DNA of 64,000 bases from Arenicellales bacterium (GTDB taxonomy: Bacteria > Pseudomonadota > Gammaproteobacteria > Arenicellales > Poriferihabitantaceae), in the NCBI GenBank assembly GCA_963457535.1, contig OY734803.1, positions 89,122-153,121 on the forward strand, written 5' to 3'. The position numbers were made by a program, and so were the translations under genes. Within the stretch, counting starts at the first letter, position 1, and the number at the start of each line of letters is the position of its first letter. Shown here piece after piece: positions 1-10,020 of this stretch. Below the pieces are notes generated by a model. The model was not told the origin of the DNA and ran no database searches. It saw nothing but the letters and a program-made list of their open reading frames with translations.

Positions 1-385
1 TGCCGACATCGCCGCCGGCGTCGCGCGGGATGTGCGAATACGGGTTGCCGAAACGCCGCAGCCAATCGGCGGCGTCTTCCGGGTCGTCCTTGTAGTTCAG
101 GCCGACGATGCGCATGCCGCGCTGCGCGAGGCGGTTCAGCAGCAGATGCTCATCGCGGCAGGCCGCGCACCACGACGCCCAGACATTCAGCATCCATACA
201 TTTCCTTTCATTTGCGAGACGCTGAAAGTTTCCTCGGGCGCGAGCAGGCGCGGCAGCGTAAACGGCGGCGCCGGTTTGCCGATGAACGGCGACGGCAACT
301 CGTGCGGCTTCAACGCCAGGCCGGCCGCGAGCAGCGCGATCACCGCGGCGAACGCGAGCAGCGGGGCGGCGAAGCGGCTTTTCAT
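1..385 (-). CDS. ccmG: Thiol:disulfide interchange protein CcmG/DsbE (3' end runs off the window)
   Basis: Manual translation from ATG at 385 gives MKSRFAAPLL...LPSPFIGKPAPPFTLP...LNVWASWCAACRDEH...VGLNYKDD: WCxxC thioredoxin motif. Overlaps the ccmF stop. Confidence 0.93.
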   Translation of the reverse strand, partial: MKSRFAAPLLAFAAVIALLAAGLALKPHELPSPFIGKPAPPFTLPRLLAPEETFSVSQMKGNVWMLNVWASWCAACRDEHLLLNRLAQRGMRIVGLNYKDDPEDAADWLRRFGNPYSHIPRDAGGDVG

Positions 386-2343
386 GCGCGAACTTGCGCC
401 GCGCCGCGGGCCGCATTAGTCATGCGCGCCGGGGCGCGTGCGCGGTAGCGCGCGTCGCTCGCCGCGACCGCGCCGCCGAGCGCCATCAACAGCGCGCCCA
501 GCCAAATCCAGCGAATGAACGGCTTGTAATAAATCCGCGCCGACCACGCGCCGTCGCCGAGCGGCTCGCCGAGCGCGACATACAAATCGCGCGTGAAGCC
601 GGCGTCAATCGCCGCTTCGGTCATTGGGTTTTCCTGCGAAAAGTAGGCGCGCTTTTCCGGGAGCAGCGTGATGTCGCGCCCGCCGCCGCGCACGCGAAAT
701 TCGCCGCGGGTCGCCTGGTAATTCGGCCCGCGGTGCGCGGCGGTGCCGTGAAACGAAAACGCGTAGCCGCCGATTTCGCGCGTCTCGCCGCGCGCGATTC
801 GCAGGTCGCGCTCCACGCTGTATGCGTTGGTGAAAGTGACGCCGATGATGAACACGCCGACTCCGAAATGGGCGAGCGCCATGCCGGCGAGCGAGCGCGG
901 AATGCGCGCCCATCCATTTCCGGCCGGAACCGCGGCGCGCAATACCGGCAGGACGCTCAGCATCACCCAGCAGCCGAGCGCGAAGGCGAGCGCGGCGCGC
1001 AGCGAATAGTGCGGCAGAAACGCCGGCAGCGCCAGCCCGACGGCCAGACTCAGCGCGGCCGGCGCGAGCAACTTTGGCAGCACACGGCGCGCGCGGTCCT
1101 TCTTCCAGCGCAGCAATGCGCCTGCGCCGACCGCGAGCGCCAGCGGCGCGCCGAGCGCGGCGAACAAAAAGTTGAAGTAGGGCGGGCCCACCGAAATTTT
1201 CGCGCCGCGCAGCGCGTCCAGCAGCAGCGGATAGAGCGTGCCGAGCAGCACCGCGAAGCACAGCGCGCCGAAGAACACATTATTAATGAGCAGCGCCGAT
1301 TCGCGCGACAGCAATTCAAATCCGGCGCGGCTGGCGAGCCGCGGCGCGCGCCACGCATACAGCGCGAGCGCGCCGCCGGTGGCGAGCGCGAACAACAGCA
1401 AAATGAACAGCCCGCGCGCCGGGTCGCTGGCGAACGCATGCACCGAGGTCAGCACGCCGGAGCGCACCAAAAACGCGCCGAGCAGCGACAGCGAAAACGC
1501 GAACACTGCGAGCAGCACGGTCCACGCCTTGAACACGCCGCGCTTTTCGGTCGCGGCGAGCGAATGAATCAGCGCGGTGCCGGCGAGCCACGGCATGAAC
1601 GACGCGTTTTCCACCGGGTCCCAGAACCACCAGCCGCCCCAGCCGAGTTCGTAATAGGCCCACCACGAGCCGAGCGCGATGCCGACCGTCAGGAATGCCC
1701 AGGCGATGTTGGTCCACGGCCGCGCCCAGCGCGCCCAGGCCGCGTCCACGCGCCCGCCGATCAGCGCGGCTACGGCGAACGCGAACGCGACCGAAAAGCC
1801 GACATAGCCGGCGTAGAGCATCGGCGGGTGCACCGCCAGGCCGATGTCCTGCAGCAGCGGGTTTAAGTCGGCGCCGTCGGGCGGCGCGGGGAATTGGCGC
1901 GCGAACGGATTGGAAGTAAGCAGCATGAACAGCAAAAAACCCGCGCTGATCATCGCCATCACCGCCAGCACGCGCGCGCCGAACGCGTCGGGGAGTTGCC
2001 GCGCGCGCCCGGCGACGGCCGCGCCCCACGCGGCCAGCAGCAAACTCCACAGCAGCAGCGAGCCTTCGTGCCCGCCCCACACGCCGCTGACGCGGTAGAT
2101 CAGCGGCAGGCTGCGATTGGAATGGTTGGCGACATAGAGGAGCGAGAAGTCGCTGTTTACGAACGCATGCGTGAGCGCGGCGAACGCGACCGCGACCAGC
2201 AAAAACTGCGCGCGCGCGGCCGGTTTCGCCAGCGCCATCCACGCGGGAATGCCGGCGAACGACGCGTAGAGCGGCAGCGCGGCCTGCGCCAGCGCGACCA
2301 CCAGCGCGAGAATCAGCGCGAAGTGTCCGAGTTCGGCGATCAT
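382..2343 (-). CDS. ccmF: Cytochrome c heme lyase CcmF
   Basis: WGGHEGSLLLW, HPPMLY, WGGWWFWDPVEN and SVHAFA motifs; polytopic membrane protein; operon context. Confidence 0.97.
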   Translation of the reverse strand: MIAELGHFALILALVVALAQAALPLYASFAGIPAWMALAKPAARAQFLLVAVAFAALTHAFVNSDFSLLYVANHSNRSLPLIYRVSGVWGGHEGSLLLWSLLLAAWGAAVAGRARQLPDAFGARVLAVMAMISAGFLLFMLLTSNPFARQFPAPPDGADLNPLLQDIGLAVHPPMLYAGYVGFSVAFAFAVAALIGGRVDAAWARWARPWTNIAWAFLTVGIALGSWWAYYELGWGGWWFWDPVENASFMPWLAGTALIHSLAATEKRGVFKAWTVLLAVFAFSLSLLGAFLVRSGVLTSVHAFASDPARGLFILLLFALATGGALALYAWRAPRLASRAGFELLSRESALLINNVFFGALCFAVLLGTLYPLLLDALRGAKISVGPPYFNFLFAALGAPLALAVGAGALLRWKKDRARRVLPKLLAPAALSLAVGLALPAFLPHYSLRAALAFALGCWVMLSVLPVLRAAVPAGNGWARIPRSLAGMALAHFGVGVFIIGVTFTNAYSVERDLRIARGETREIGGYAFSFHGTAAHRGPNYQATRGEFRVRGGGRDITLLPEKRAYFSQENPMTEAAIDAGFTRDLYVALGEPLGDGAWSARIYYKPFIRWIWLGALLMALGGAVAASDARYRARAPARMTNAARGAAQVRA

Positions 2344-2367
2344 TGCATTTAAATTATTGCGCGGGCA

Positions 2368-2808
2368 TTATTGCGCGAATTGGGCGCGGCCGGCGGCACG
2401 CAAGGCCGCGTCCACTTCCGGCGGCATGTAGTTTTCATCGTGTTTGGCGAGCACTTGGCTGGCGACGAACACGCCGTCGCGCATCGCGCCGAGCGCGACC
2501 ACGCCCTGTCCTTCGCGAAACAGATCGGGAAGAATGCCGGTGTAGGAGACGCGCACGGTTTCGCGCGTGTCGGTCAGGTCAAACGAGACGCCGAGGCCGC
2601 CGCCGCGCGAGACGCTGCCCGCGGCCACCATGCCGCCGATGCGAAACGCCGCCCCGCCCGGCGCCTCGCCGGCCTGCACTTGCGTCGGGCTGAAAAATAA
2701 ATTGATGTTTTCGCGCAATGCAAACAGCGTGAGCGCGGCCGCGCCGCCGGCCGCGCACAGCAGCAGCGCGGTGAGAACGAGGCGCTGCCGCCGCCGCGCC
2801 GGCATCAT
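2368..2808 (-). CDS. ccmE: Heme chaperone CcmE
   Basis: [10 protein letters not shown] and [12 protein letters not shown] heme-binding motif; start taken at ATG 2808. Confidence 0.96.
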   Translation of the reverse strand: MMPARRRQRLVLTALLLCAAGGAAALTLFALRENINLFFSPTQVQAGEAPGGAAFRIGGMVAAGSVSRGGGLGVSFDLTDTRETVRVSYTGILPDLFREGQGVVALGAMRDGVFVASQVLAKHDENYMPPEVDAALRAAGRAQFAQ

Positions 2809-2957
2809 TGTTCCCCGGACTCCGCCGCGAGTTTCGCCAGCAGTTTTTTCCGCCGAAGCAGCGGCGCGCAAAAACCGTGCGCGAGCAATGCGGCGACCAG
2901 CCCGTAACTGCACCACACATAAAACGCGTATCCGCCCATGTGCGCGAACTCAGCCAC
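2805..2957 (-). CDS. ccmD: Heme exporter protein CcmD
   Basis: Small single-TM protein ([13 protein letters not shown]...) between ccmC and ccmE; start GTG 2957 or the next ATG. Confidence 0.88.
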   Translation of the reverse strand: MAEFAHMGGYAFYVWCSYGLVAALLAHGFCAPLLRRKKLLAKLAAESGEQ

Positions 2958-3714
2958 CGGCGGCCTCCGCGGCCCACCGGGTGCGCCGCTCACTCTCCAA
3001 CAACTCGCAACTCGCGCGGTTCAAAAGCGCCGCGGCGAAATACATGTTGAACGCGGCGAACATGACCATCAGCGGAATCAGCATGCGCGTGTCCATGCTC
3101 GGCCGGCCGAGTTTGGTGATGCTCGCGCTTTGGTGCAGCGTGTTCCACCACTCCACCGAAAAATGAATCACCGGCAAATTGACCACGCCGATCAGCGCCA
3201 GCACCGCGGCCGCGCGCGCTCCGACGCGGCGGTCTTCAAACGCGCCGGCGAGCGCGATGTAGCCGGCGAACAAAAACAGCAGCACCAATTCGGAAGTGAG
3301 GCGCGCGTCCCAGACCCAGTACGCGCCCCAGGTCGGCTTGCCCCACAATGCGCCGGTGAGCAGCGCGCACAGCGTAAACGCCGCGCCGAGCGGCGCGCAT
3401 GCGCGCGCAACCGCGTCGCCGACTTTCATGTGCCAGACCAGCCCGCAGCCCGCGGCGATCGCCATCAGCAAATACGCGAACATGGACATCCACGCGGCCG
3501 GCGCGTGCACATAGAGGATGCGGTAACTGTCGCCCATCTGGTAATCCGGCGGCGCCCAGACCAGCCCGCCATACGCGCCGAGCGCAAACAGCGCCAGCGC
3601 GGCCCAGCCAAACCGCCCGGCCCAGCGCGCCGCAAAACGGTAAAAATGCGCGGGCGAGCCAAACGCATGCAGTCGGCGCGCAAACGCCGCACCGGGGGAA
3701 GCGGGGGAGGGCAT
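2950..3714 (-). CDS. ccmC: Heme exporter protein CcmC
   Basis: WGKPTWGAYWVWDARLTSE tryptophan-rich motif; WWNTLHQ. Confidence 0.97.
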   Translation of the reverse strand: MPSPASPGAAFARRLHAFGSPAHFYRFAARWAGRFGWAALALFALGAYGGLVWAPPDYQMGDSYRILYVHAPAAWMSMFAYLLMAIAAGCGLVWHMKVGDAVARACAPLGAAFTLCALLTGALWGKPTWGAYWVWDARLTSELVLLFLFAGYIALAGAFEDRRVGARAAAVLALIGVVNLPVIHFSVEWWNTLHQSASITKLGRPSMDTRMLIPLMVMFAAFNMYFAAALLNRASCELLESERRTRWAAEAAGG

Positions 3715-3718
3715 GCCT

Positions 3719-6700
3719 CTACTGCACCAGCGCTTCAATGTTGGAAATCACCGTCGCTTCCGCGGTGGCGCTCATGCGGGTGGTGATTCCGTCTCCGGCG
3801 CGCATGCCGAGCAGGTAGCGGGTCAGCATGATGCCGTCGGCGAGGGTTGTTCCGTTCGCGCCGTCCATGTCCAGTTCGCCGGCCGTTACGCCGGCGGCGA
3901 TGTGCGCGGCGACATTGTCGGCGTTCAGGTTGGTGCCGCCCATGTCGGCGATGAGGTTCGCGCCGCGAACACCGGCAAGGTGGCGCGCGATTAATATGCC
4001 GTCCTGCCAAGTGACCGAGGAGTCGCCGTTGATGTCCGGGTCAAATTCCGGCGTGACGCTTTGCACGGACGCGGTGAAGGGACCCGGCCCGGCGCGGTTG
4101 CGCGCGGCGACTTGAACTTCATAAGTGGTCGCGCTTTTTACGCCGGTCAAGTCGTAGGCAAGATTGGTGGAAGCGGTCGCGATTCCGTCGTCATCGGGCA
4201 GCCAGTTGCTGCTGCCCGCGCCTTCGGAGTAGCGCACCGCGTAATCGGTCAGCGCCTCGTCGCCGGTATTCGCCGGCGCGGTCCAGGACAGTGCGAGAAC
4301 GCCGGCACCGGAAGTCGCGCTCAAACCGGTCGGCGCGTCGGGCGGCGGCGCGACCGGGCTGGTTTGGTGCGAGGTCCATGGACCCGTGCCGAGGGCATTG
4401 ACCGCGGCGACTTGGATTTCATAGGTCGTGCCGTTGGTCAGACCGCTGATCTCGTATTCGGTTTCAGTGGCGGTCGCGCCGTCGGCGTCGGGCTGCCAGT
4501 TGCTGCTGCCGGCGCCTTCGGAATGGCGGACGCGGTATCCGCTGATGGCCGCGCCGCCGTCGTCGGCCGGCGCATCCCATACCGGCGTAATCGTTCCGTC
4601 TCCGACGGTGGAAGTCAAATTGCGCGGCGCGCCGGGCAATTCGCCGGGGACGCTTTCGCGCGCGAATGACCAGTGCGCATCGCCGCCGCCATAGACCGCG
4701 CCGACTTGGACCTGATAGGTCGTGCCGTCGGTCAGCCCCGAGACGGTGTAACTGATTGCCGCCGCGCCACCGGGAACATCCAGTCCGGCTTCTTCGCCGG
4801 TGTTCAGGTAGGAAGTCGCGTCGCCGGCATCCGCCCAGCGGACTTTGTAGGCGGTATGCACAGTCCCCCCGACCTCCACCACCGGCGCGCGCCAAGTCAA
4901 TGACAACTCGCCACTGCTCGCCACCGGCGCGGAAAGCGACGGCGCGGCGTCTCCAATCAAAAGTTCACCGGTGAAGGTGATGGTGTCGCTGCCGTTGTTG
5001 CTGCGCACAATATCTCCGAAACTATTGAGGACAGGAACGCCGCCACCGCCGCATGCGGCGGTGGCGGAAAGCGGGATGCTTTCAATATCGTTGTCGCCGT
5101 CCACCACCGGCGTAATGGACAGGGTCGCATCGCCGGAAATTTTCTCGCCGGAAATCGTGATTGCCGGCGCGGTCAGCGTGCCGGTGTAATGCGTGTTCGC
5201 CGCCGCGACTTTGTCGCCGCGCGTGCCGGTGATGGCGCTCGCACCGATGCTCACGGTTACCGCGCAATCCGAGGGCGGAACGGCCTCCCCGTCCAGCGTG
5301 GCGGTAACGGTCGCCGTCTGCGCGCCGCCGCCCTCGCGCACCGCGCCGGAAAGTGTTCCGGTGGTGGCGACGGTGTCGTCGTCGCTTAAAGAGAGAGCAA
5401 AGCGCGCTTGATAGAAGCCGTGAATGCCAAGGCCGGTGCTTCCAGACTGGCTGCAGGAGTAGATTTCGCTCCGAGTTCCGCTGGCGATGTTGTCGTCAGT
5501 GAGTGTCTGGATCGTCAGCGCAACCCCCTGATCCCAGGTCCCCGCGGGGCCGCCGGTGATTTCCGGCCAGAAATTTGTCAAACCGTTCGCGAACACACCG
5601 CCCACAGTGGAGGAAAAATTCGATATGCCGCATGACATTATGTGCGGCGGGGCGTTGTCAAAAGCCGGGTCGTTCAAAAGTGAAACGCAGATGGTCGCGG
5701 GCTCGCCCTCAATCATCGGCAAGGGGTCGGCGATGGGGTCGTTGTGCGTCGCCGGGCATGTGCCGTCGGCATCCGCTTGGGTGAAGCGCACTTTGACATC
5801 CACTATTAAAATTTCGGCGGCCGCGAACGCGATGTTGCTCGCGCCGCCGCAGGAAACCGACGCCCCGGAAAAAGGAATGCTCTCAATCTCCTCGTCGGTG
5901 TCCAGGAGAGATTGAATTTGGAAATCGGCATGCGCGGAGAGCGCGCCCGCCGGAATGGTGATGCTCGGTGCGGTGAATGCGGTGTAGTCGGTTCCTTCCA
6001 CCGCGAGCGCGGTGCCGCGCGTGCCGGAAATCGCCTCGCTCCCCTTGGTCAGCGTTACGGTGCAGGATTCCACCGGCACGATGGCGCCGCTCAGCGTGGC
6101 GGTTGCGCGCACTTTCAATGAGCGGTCGGAGTCGATTTCGCCAATGTTGGTAAAGGACAGCGTGGCGCCGGCGGTGGAGACAATGTCGGGGGCGGTTTCG
6201 TCTTTGACGGTGACGGCAACCTCGCCGGTGAGCCCGCTGTATCCGGTGGCCGCGTCCGCGGCGGCGGTGCAGGTGAGCGTGTCGGTCGGGGCGGCGGACG
6301 CGATGGAAAGGTTGTTGTCCACGGCGGTGATGGTGAAGGATTGTGCGGTCTCGTGGTTGGCCGAAGTAAAAGTCCGCGTCTGCGCGGAAGTGAACAGCGC
6401 CGGATCGGCCGCGCCCGAACAAGTCACGGTGACATCGGCGCTCGGCGCGGTTCCATCCAATTTCACGCAGATTTGTTTGGCGGCGCCGCCTTCCTCCAGT
6501 TCCAGCGTGGTGATTTCAGTTTCGTTGCAGTCGGTGATGAGAACGGCGGCGTCAATGATCAGCACTTCGGCCGCGGCGAAAGTGATGCTGCTCGCGCCGC
6601 CGCAGGAGGCCGCGGTGGCGGTGATCGGAATGCTCTTGGTGGTGTCGGTGCCGCTTGCGTTCGGCGTGATTGCCACCGTCGCGCTGCCGGTGGTTTTGCC

Positions 6701-8599
6701 GGCCGGAATGGTGATGCTTGGCGCGGTAAAGGCGGTATAGTCGGTCGGAGACGCGGCCAGCGCCGCGCCCTGTGTATTGGTGATGGCGGTTGAGCCGATG
6801 GCGGTGGTTACCGTGCAGTCCGTGCCCGGCAGAATGGAACCGCCGAGCGTCGCGGTGATTTCCACTTCCTGCGCGCCGCCGCTTTTGCCGATGTTGCCGG
6901 AAACGCCGAGCGTCGCGCCGCTGGTGGAGACCGCGTCGGTGTCGGTCACCGCAACTGCAAGCGTCTCCACCACGCCCGAATAGGCCAAGCCGATGCCGCC
7001 GGTGGCGTCGCATTGCAGCGCGGTCTCGGTGTTTGCGCCGAATGCCGAGTTGTTGTCGGGCGCGGTCAAAGCCAGCGCCTGTCCGCGCGCATGGTTGCCC
7101 GAGGTGAATGACAACTTCGCCGGAGTGGCGGAAACCGCGGCCTCGCCGAGCGCATTCGGCGGCGCGGCGCAACTGACCGAGACGGTTTCACCCGGGTCGC
7201 TTTTCAGCGAAATGCACACGGTTTTTGCGCTGCCGGCCTCGGCCACCTCCAAACTGGTTACCGCGGCGTTGGCGGTGGCCGGGCAAGTGTCATTGGAGTC
7301 GGGCGCGGTGAAGTTCACGCCGGCATCGGCGAGTTGCAGAAAGGTGCCTTGGACTTCTTCGGCGGGCGGGGGGGATGCCTCGAAAAAACTGTCTCCCAAT
7401 CCGGCGCGCGCGCTAATGTCTGCATACTGAATCGTGATATTGATGCGGCCGCCATCGCCGGACGCTTTGGGCGTGATGCTGAACGCTTGGAAAGTTTTGC
7501 GCTGCTCCAGCAGTTCAAACAGGGAAAGTGACGCGCCATGCATCCCGGGCAGCGCGCCGTCGGTGTCGGTGTCGGCAACCAGCGGGTTTGCCGGGTCGGC
7601 AAACGCATTCAGAATAATGTTGTAGAAGCTGAAGACCTGAGGGGGCGGGGCGGTGAAAGCAAACGCGCTGATTTCAAACTGCTGCGCGCCGCTCGCCGAC
7701 TGGTTGATGGTGTAGCCGTTGCGCGCGGCTTGCAGACAGGCGTCAAAAGTCGCCGGCGGCGCGCCGACCGGGTGAATGCAGATCGCCATTTTGATGCCGG
7801 ATTTCACCGGCAAAATGCGTTCTTGCACCTCCGACCAGTCGCCGTCGCCGGCGGAATTGACCGCCCGAACCTGCGCCTGATAGGTCGTGCCGGCGGTCAG
7901 GTTTTCCAGCACATATCTGCGCGCATCCGCGCCGCCGCTCGCGTCAACGCCGCTTGCGCCGCCGGTGTTGAGATAGTTTGCCGGTGAAGCCGCATCGGCC
8001 CAGCGCACTTTGTAGCCGGTGATGTCGCTGAGGCCGTCGTTGTTCGGCGCGCCCCAGCGCAATGCGAGACTGTCGTCGGTGCGGGTGAACAATTCGGCGG
8101 ACGGCGCCCTCGGCGTCCCGACCGCGGTTACGCCTTGCGCCGTCGCCGACCAAGGGCTCTGAATTGCGTCCGCGTCTAATGCTTTCATGCGCACTTGATA
8201 GGTGGTGCCCGGCGCCAAACCGATGATTTTTGTGGCGGTGGCGCCGGGACTAATGGCAAGACCGTGTTGCAAGCCGCCGGAGAGACTTACGCCGGCGGGC
8301 AGTCGGTTTCTGAATGCGTCTTCGCTGGACCACTCGGTGCCAAACACGCGCACAGAGGCGGTGTAATCTCCGGGTCCCCCGCTCCCCCATGAACTCGTCG
8401 CGGTCCAAGTCAAATCCAGCGAAGTGGATTCGGCCCCGGTGGTCTGCGTGAGACTCAGGTTGGTGGGGGCGGCAACTTGCGCCCGCGCCGCGGACGACGC
8501 GCCAAACAACATCGCAAGCGCAAACGCCGCCGCAAAAAATTTCCCCGCGGTGATTTTCCCGCGAGGGGCGAAAACTTCGCTGGTCGTGGTGAATTTCAT
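3719..8599 (-). CDS. Large secreted fibronectin type III / Ig-like repeat protein with C-terminal dockerin-like duplicated Ca-binding motif
   Basis: Signal peptide ending ...SAARA. Two N-terminal and three C-terminal FN3 domains (LTW..P...Y...GLT.GTTY.VQV.AVN..G). Three tandem Cys-containing two-domain repeats. DINGD..TWQDGILIARHL / DMDG..LADGIMLTRYL tail. Confidence 0.85.
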   Translation of the reverse strand: MKFTTTSEVFAPRGKITAGKFFAAAFALAMLFGASSAARAQVAAPTNLSLTQTTGAESTSLDLTWTATSSWGSGGPGDYTASVRVFGTEWSSEDAFRNRLPAGVSLSGGLQHGLAISPGATATKIIGLAPGTTYQVRMKALDADAIQSPWSATAQGVTAVGTPRAPSAELFTRTDDSLALRWGAPNNDGLSDITGYKVRWADAASPANYLNTGGASGVDASGGADARRYVLENLTAGTTYQAQVRAVNSAGDGDWSEVQERILPVKSGIKMAICIHPVGAPPATFDACLQAARNGYTINQSASGAQQFEISAFAFTAPPPQVFSFYNIILNAFADPANPLVADTDTDGALPGMHGASLSLFELLEQRKTFQAFSITPKASGDGGRINITIQYADISARAGLGDSFFEASPPPAEEVQGTFLQLADAGVNFTAPDSNDTCPATANAAVTSLEVAEAGSAKTVCISLKSDPGETVSVSCAAPPNALGEAAVSATPAKLSFTSGNHARGQALALTAPDNNSAFGANTETALQCDATGGIGLAYSGVVETLAVAVTDTDAVSTSGATLGVSGNIGKSGGAQEVEITATLGGSILPGTDCTVTTAIGSTAITNTQGAALAASPTDYTAFTAPSITIPAGKTTGSATVAITPNASGTDTTKSIPITATAASCGGASSITFAAAEVLIIDAAVLITDCNETEITTLELEEGGAAKQICVKLDGTAPSADVTVTCSGAADPALFTSAQTRTFTSANHETAQSFTITAVDNNLSIASAAPTDTLTCTAAADAATGYSGLTGEVAVTVKDETAPDIVSTAGATLSFTNIGEIDSDRSLKVRATATLSGAIVPVESCTVTLTKGSEAISGTRGTALAVEGTDYTAFTAPSITIPAGALSAHADFQIQSLLDTDEEIESIPFSGASVSCGGASNIAFAAAEILIVDVKVRFTQADADGTCPATHNDPIADPLPMIEGEPATICVSLLNDPAFDNAPPHIMSCGISNFSSTVGGVFANGLTNFWPEITGGPAGTWDQGVALTIQTLTDDNIASGTRSEIYSCSQSGSTGLGIHGFYQARFALSLSDDDTVATTGTLSGAVREGGGAQTATVTATLDGEAVPPSDCAVTVSIGASAITGTRGDKVAAANTHYTGTLTAPAITISGEKISGDATLSITPVVDGDNDIESIPLSATAACGGGGVPVLNSFGDIVRSNNGSDTITFTGELLIGDAAPSLSAPVASSGELSLTWRAPVVEVGGTVHTAYKVRWADAGDATSYLNTGEEAGLDVPGGAAAISYTVSGLTDGTTYQVQVGAVYGGGDAHWSFARESVPGELPGAPRNLTSTVGDGTITPVWDAPADDGGAAISGYRVRHSEGAGSSNWQPDADGATATETEYEISGLTNGTTYEIQVAAVNALGTGPWTSHQTSPVAPPPDAPTGLSATSGAGVLALSWTAPANTGDEALTDYAVRYSEGAGSSNWLPDDDGIATASTNLAYDLTGVKSATTYEVQVAARNRAGPGPFTASVQSVTPEFDPDINGDSSVTWQDGILIARHLAGVRGANLIADMGGTNLNADNVAAHIAAGVTAGELDMDGANGTTLADGIMLTRYLLGMRAGDGITTRMSATAEATVISNIEALVQ
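4950..7320 (-). repeat. Three tandem ~260-aa intragenic repeat units (Calx-beta/Ig-like pairs)
   Basis: Recurring peptides TATL.G...P..CTV, DYTAFTAPSITIPAG, SIP...SCGGAS.I.FAAAE.LI.D and C.SL..DP; boundaries approximate. Confidence 0.75.
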
Positions 8600-8662
8600 C
8601 GGATTTCCTCGGTTGGTTTTGCGGCGCGCCGCGCGTTTAATGATAACAAATCCGCCGCAAAC

Positions 8663-9349
8663 TCATTGCGAACTCGCGCGCAGTCCGGCCGCGGTTGCCG
8701 CCGGCGCGAGCGCGAGCGCGAGTAGCAGCATCGCGCCGAGCCACAGCAAGGGCCCGTCAGCCGGCAGGCCAAGCGCGGCCGCGCGCGCGGCGAACGCGCC
8801 GAAGATCAGCGCGGGAATGTAGAGCGGCAGCACCAGCAGCGCGAGCAGCATTCCGCCGCCGCGCGCGCCGAGGGTCAGCGCCGCGCCGGCCGCGCCGAGC
8901 AAACTCATCAGCGCGGTGCCGAGCAGCAGCCCGCCGACCAGCGCCGGCAGCGCATGCGGCGGCAGATGCAGCATCAGCGCCGGCAATGGCGCGAGCAATG
9001 CCAGCGGCGCGCCGCACAGCAGCCAATGCGCGAGGATTTTCGCCAGCGCAAGCAGGCTCGGCGGGTGCGGGCTCAGCAGCAGTTGCTGCAGCGCGCCGTC
9101 GGCAAAATCGCCGCGAAACACGCGGTCCAAGCCGAGCAGGGTGGCGAGCAGCGCGGCCACCCAGATGACCGCGGGCGCGATGCTTTGCAGGTAGTCCGGG
9201 TCGGGATTGGCGGCGAGCGGAAACAGCGACAGCGTGATCACGAAAAAAAACAGCGGCCGCAACAATTCGCCGCGGCGGCGGCCGGCGGCGATTAGGTCGC
9301 GGCGCAGCACGGCGGCGAGCGCGGCGAACAGGGAAGGGGGGGCGGTCAT
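8663..9349 (-). CDS. ccmB: Heme exporter protein CcmB
   Basis: DFADGALQQLLL, KILAHWL and LLVLPLYIPALIFG motifs; ATG at 9349 overlaps the ccmA stop. Confidence 0.95.
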   Translation of the reverse strand: MTAPPSLFAALAAVLRRDLIAAGRRRGELLRPLFFFVITLSLFPLAANPDPDYLQSIAPAVIWVAALLATLLGLDRVFRGDFADGALQQLLLSPHPPSLLALAKILAHWLLCGAPLALLAPLPALMLHLPPHALPALVGGLLLGTALMSLLGAAGAALTLGARGGGMLLALLVLPLYIPALIFGAFAARAAALGLPADGPLLWLGAMLLLALALAPAATAAGLRASSQ

Positions 9350-9996
9350 TGGTGGTAGTCGCCGAGGTCCAGTGTTTGCGCATGCACATTTAATTGCTGG
9401 TGGCTGCTGAACACCAGCATGCCGCCGCGCGCGATCTGTTCGGCGAGCAGGGTTTCCAGTTCGCGCGCGCCGCGCTTGTCCAGCGCGGCCGCGGGCTCGT
9501 CCAAAATCCACACGCCGCCGGGCCGCAACAACAGCGAGGCGAGACGAACGCGCTGCAATTGCCCGGCCGAGAGCGCCGCGCAGCGCGCGTCGAATGCCGC
9601 ATCGGGCAGACCCATGCGGCGCAGCGCGTCTTTGGCGGCGTCCGCGTCGGCACGCGCGCCCGACAGCGCGGCTGCGGTCGCGAGGTTTTCCAGCGGCGTT
9701 AATTCGCCTTTCAGCGCGGGTTTATGCCCGAGATACGCGAGTTGCGCGTAATAGTCGGCGCGCGCCGCGCCGCCGGTAATCGGCATGCCGTTCCAGCGCA
9801 CTTCGCCGGTCTCGGGGCGGTGCAGGCCGCACAGGATTTGCATCAACGAGGTTTTGCCGGCGCCGTTTTCGCCGCGCAAATGCAGCGCGCCGCCGCTTTC
9901 CACCGCGCAGTCCAAGTTGCGAAACAGCGCGCGCGCGCCGCGCACGCATTCAATGCCGGCGGCTTGGAGTCGGATGGGAGGGCTTTCACGCGGCAC
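9346..9996 (-). CDS. ccmA: Heme ABC exporter ATPase CcmA
   Basis: Walker A GENGAGKT, LSAGQ signature, WILDEP; start approximate (GTG 9996). Confidence 0.95.
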   Translation of the reverse strand: MPRESPPIRLQAAGIECVRGARALFRNLDCAVESGGALHLRGENGAGKTSLMQILCGLHRPETGEVRWNGMPITGGAARADYYAQLAYLGHKPALKGELTPLENLATAAALSGARADADAAKDALRRMGLPDAAFDARCAALSAGQLQRVRLASLLLRPGGVWILDEPAAALDKRGARELETLLAEQIARGGMLVFSSHQQLNVHAQTLDLGDYHQ

Positions 9997-10020
9997 GGTG
10001 CGGGAGTATATCCTAGCGCG

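Noticed and set aside
9997-10020. LexA box upstream of dinB
   Set aside because: No CTGT-N8-ACAG match in the short divergent gap.
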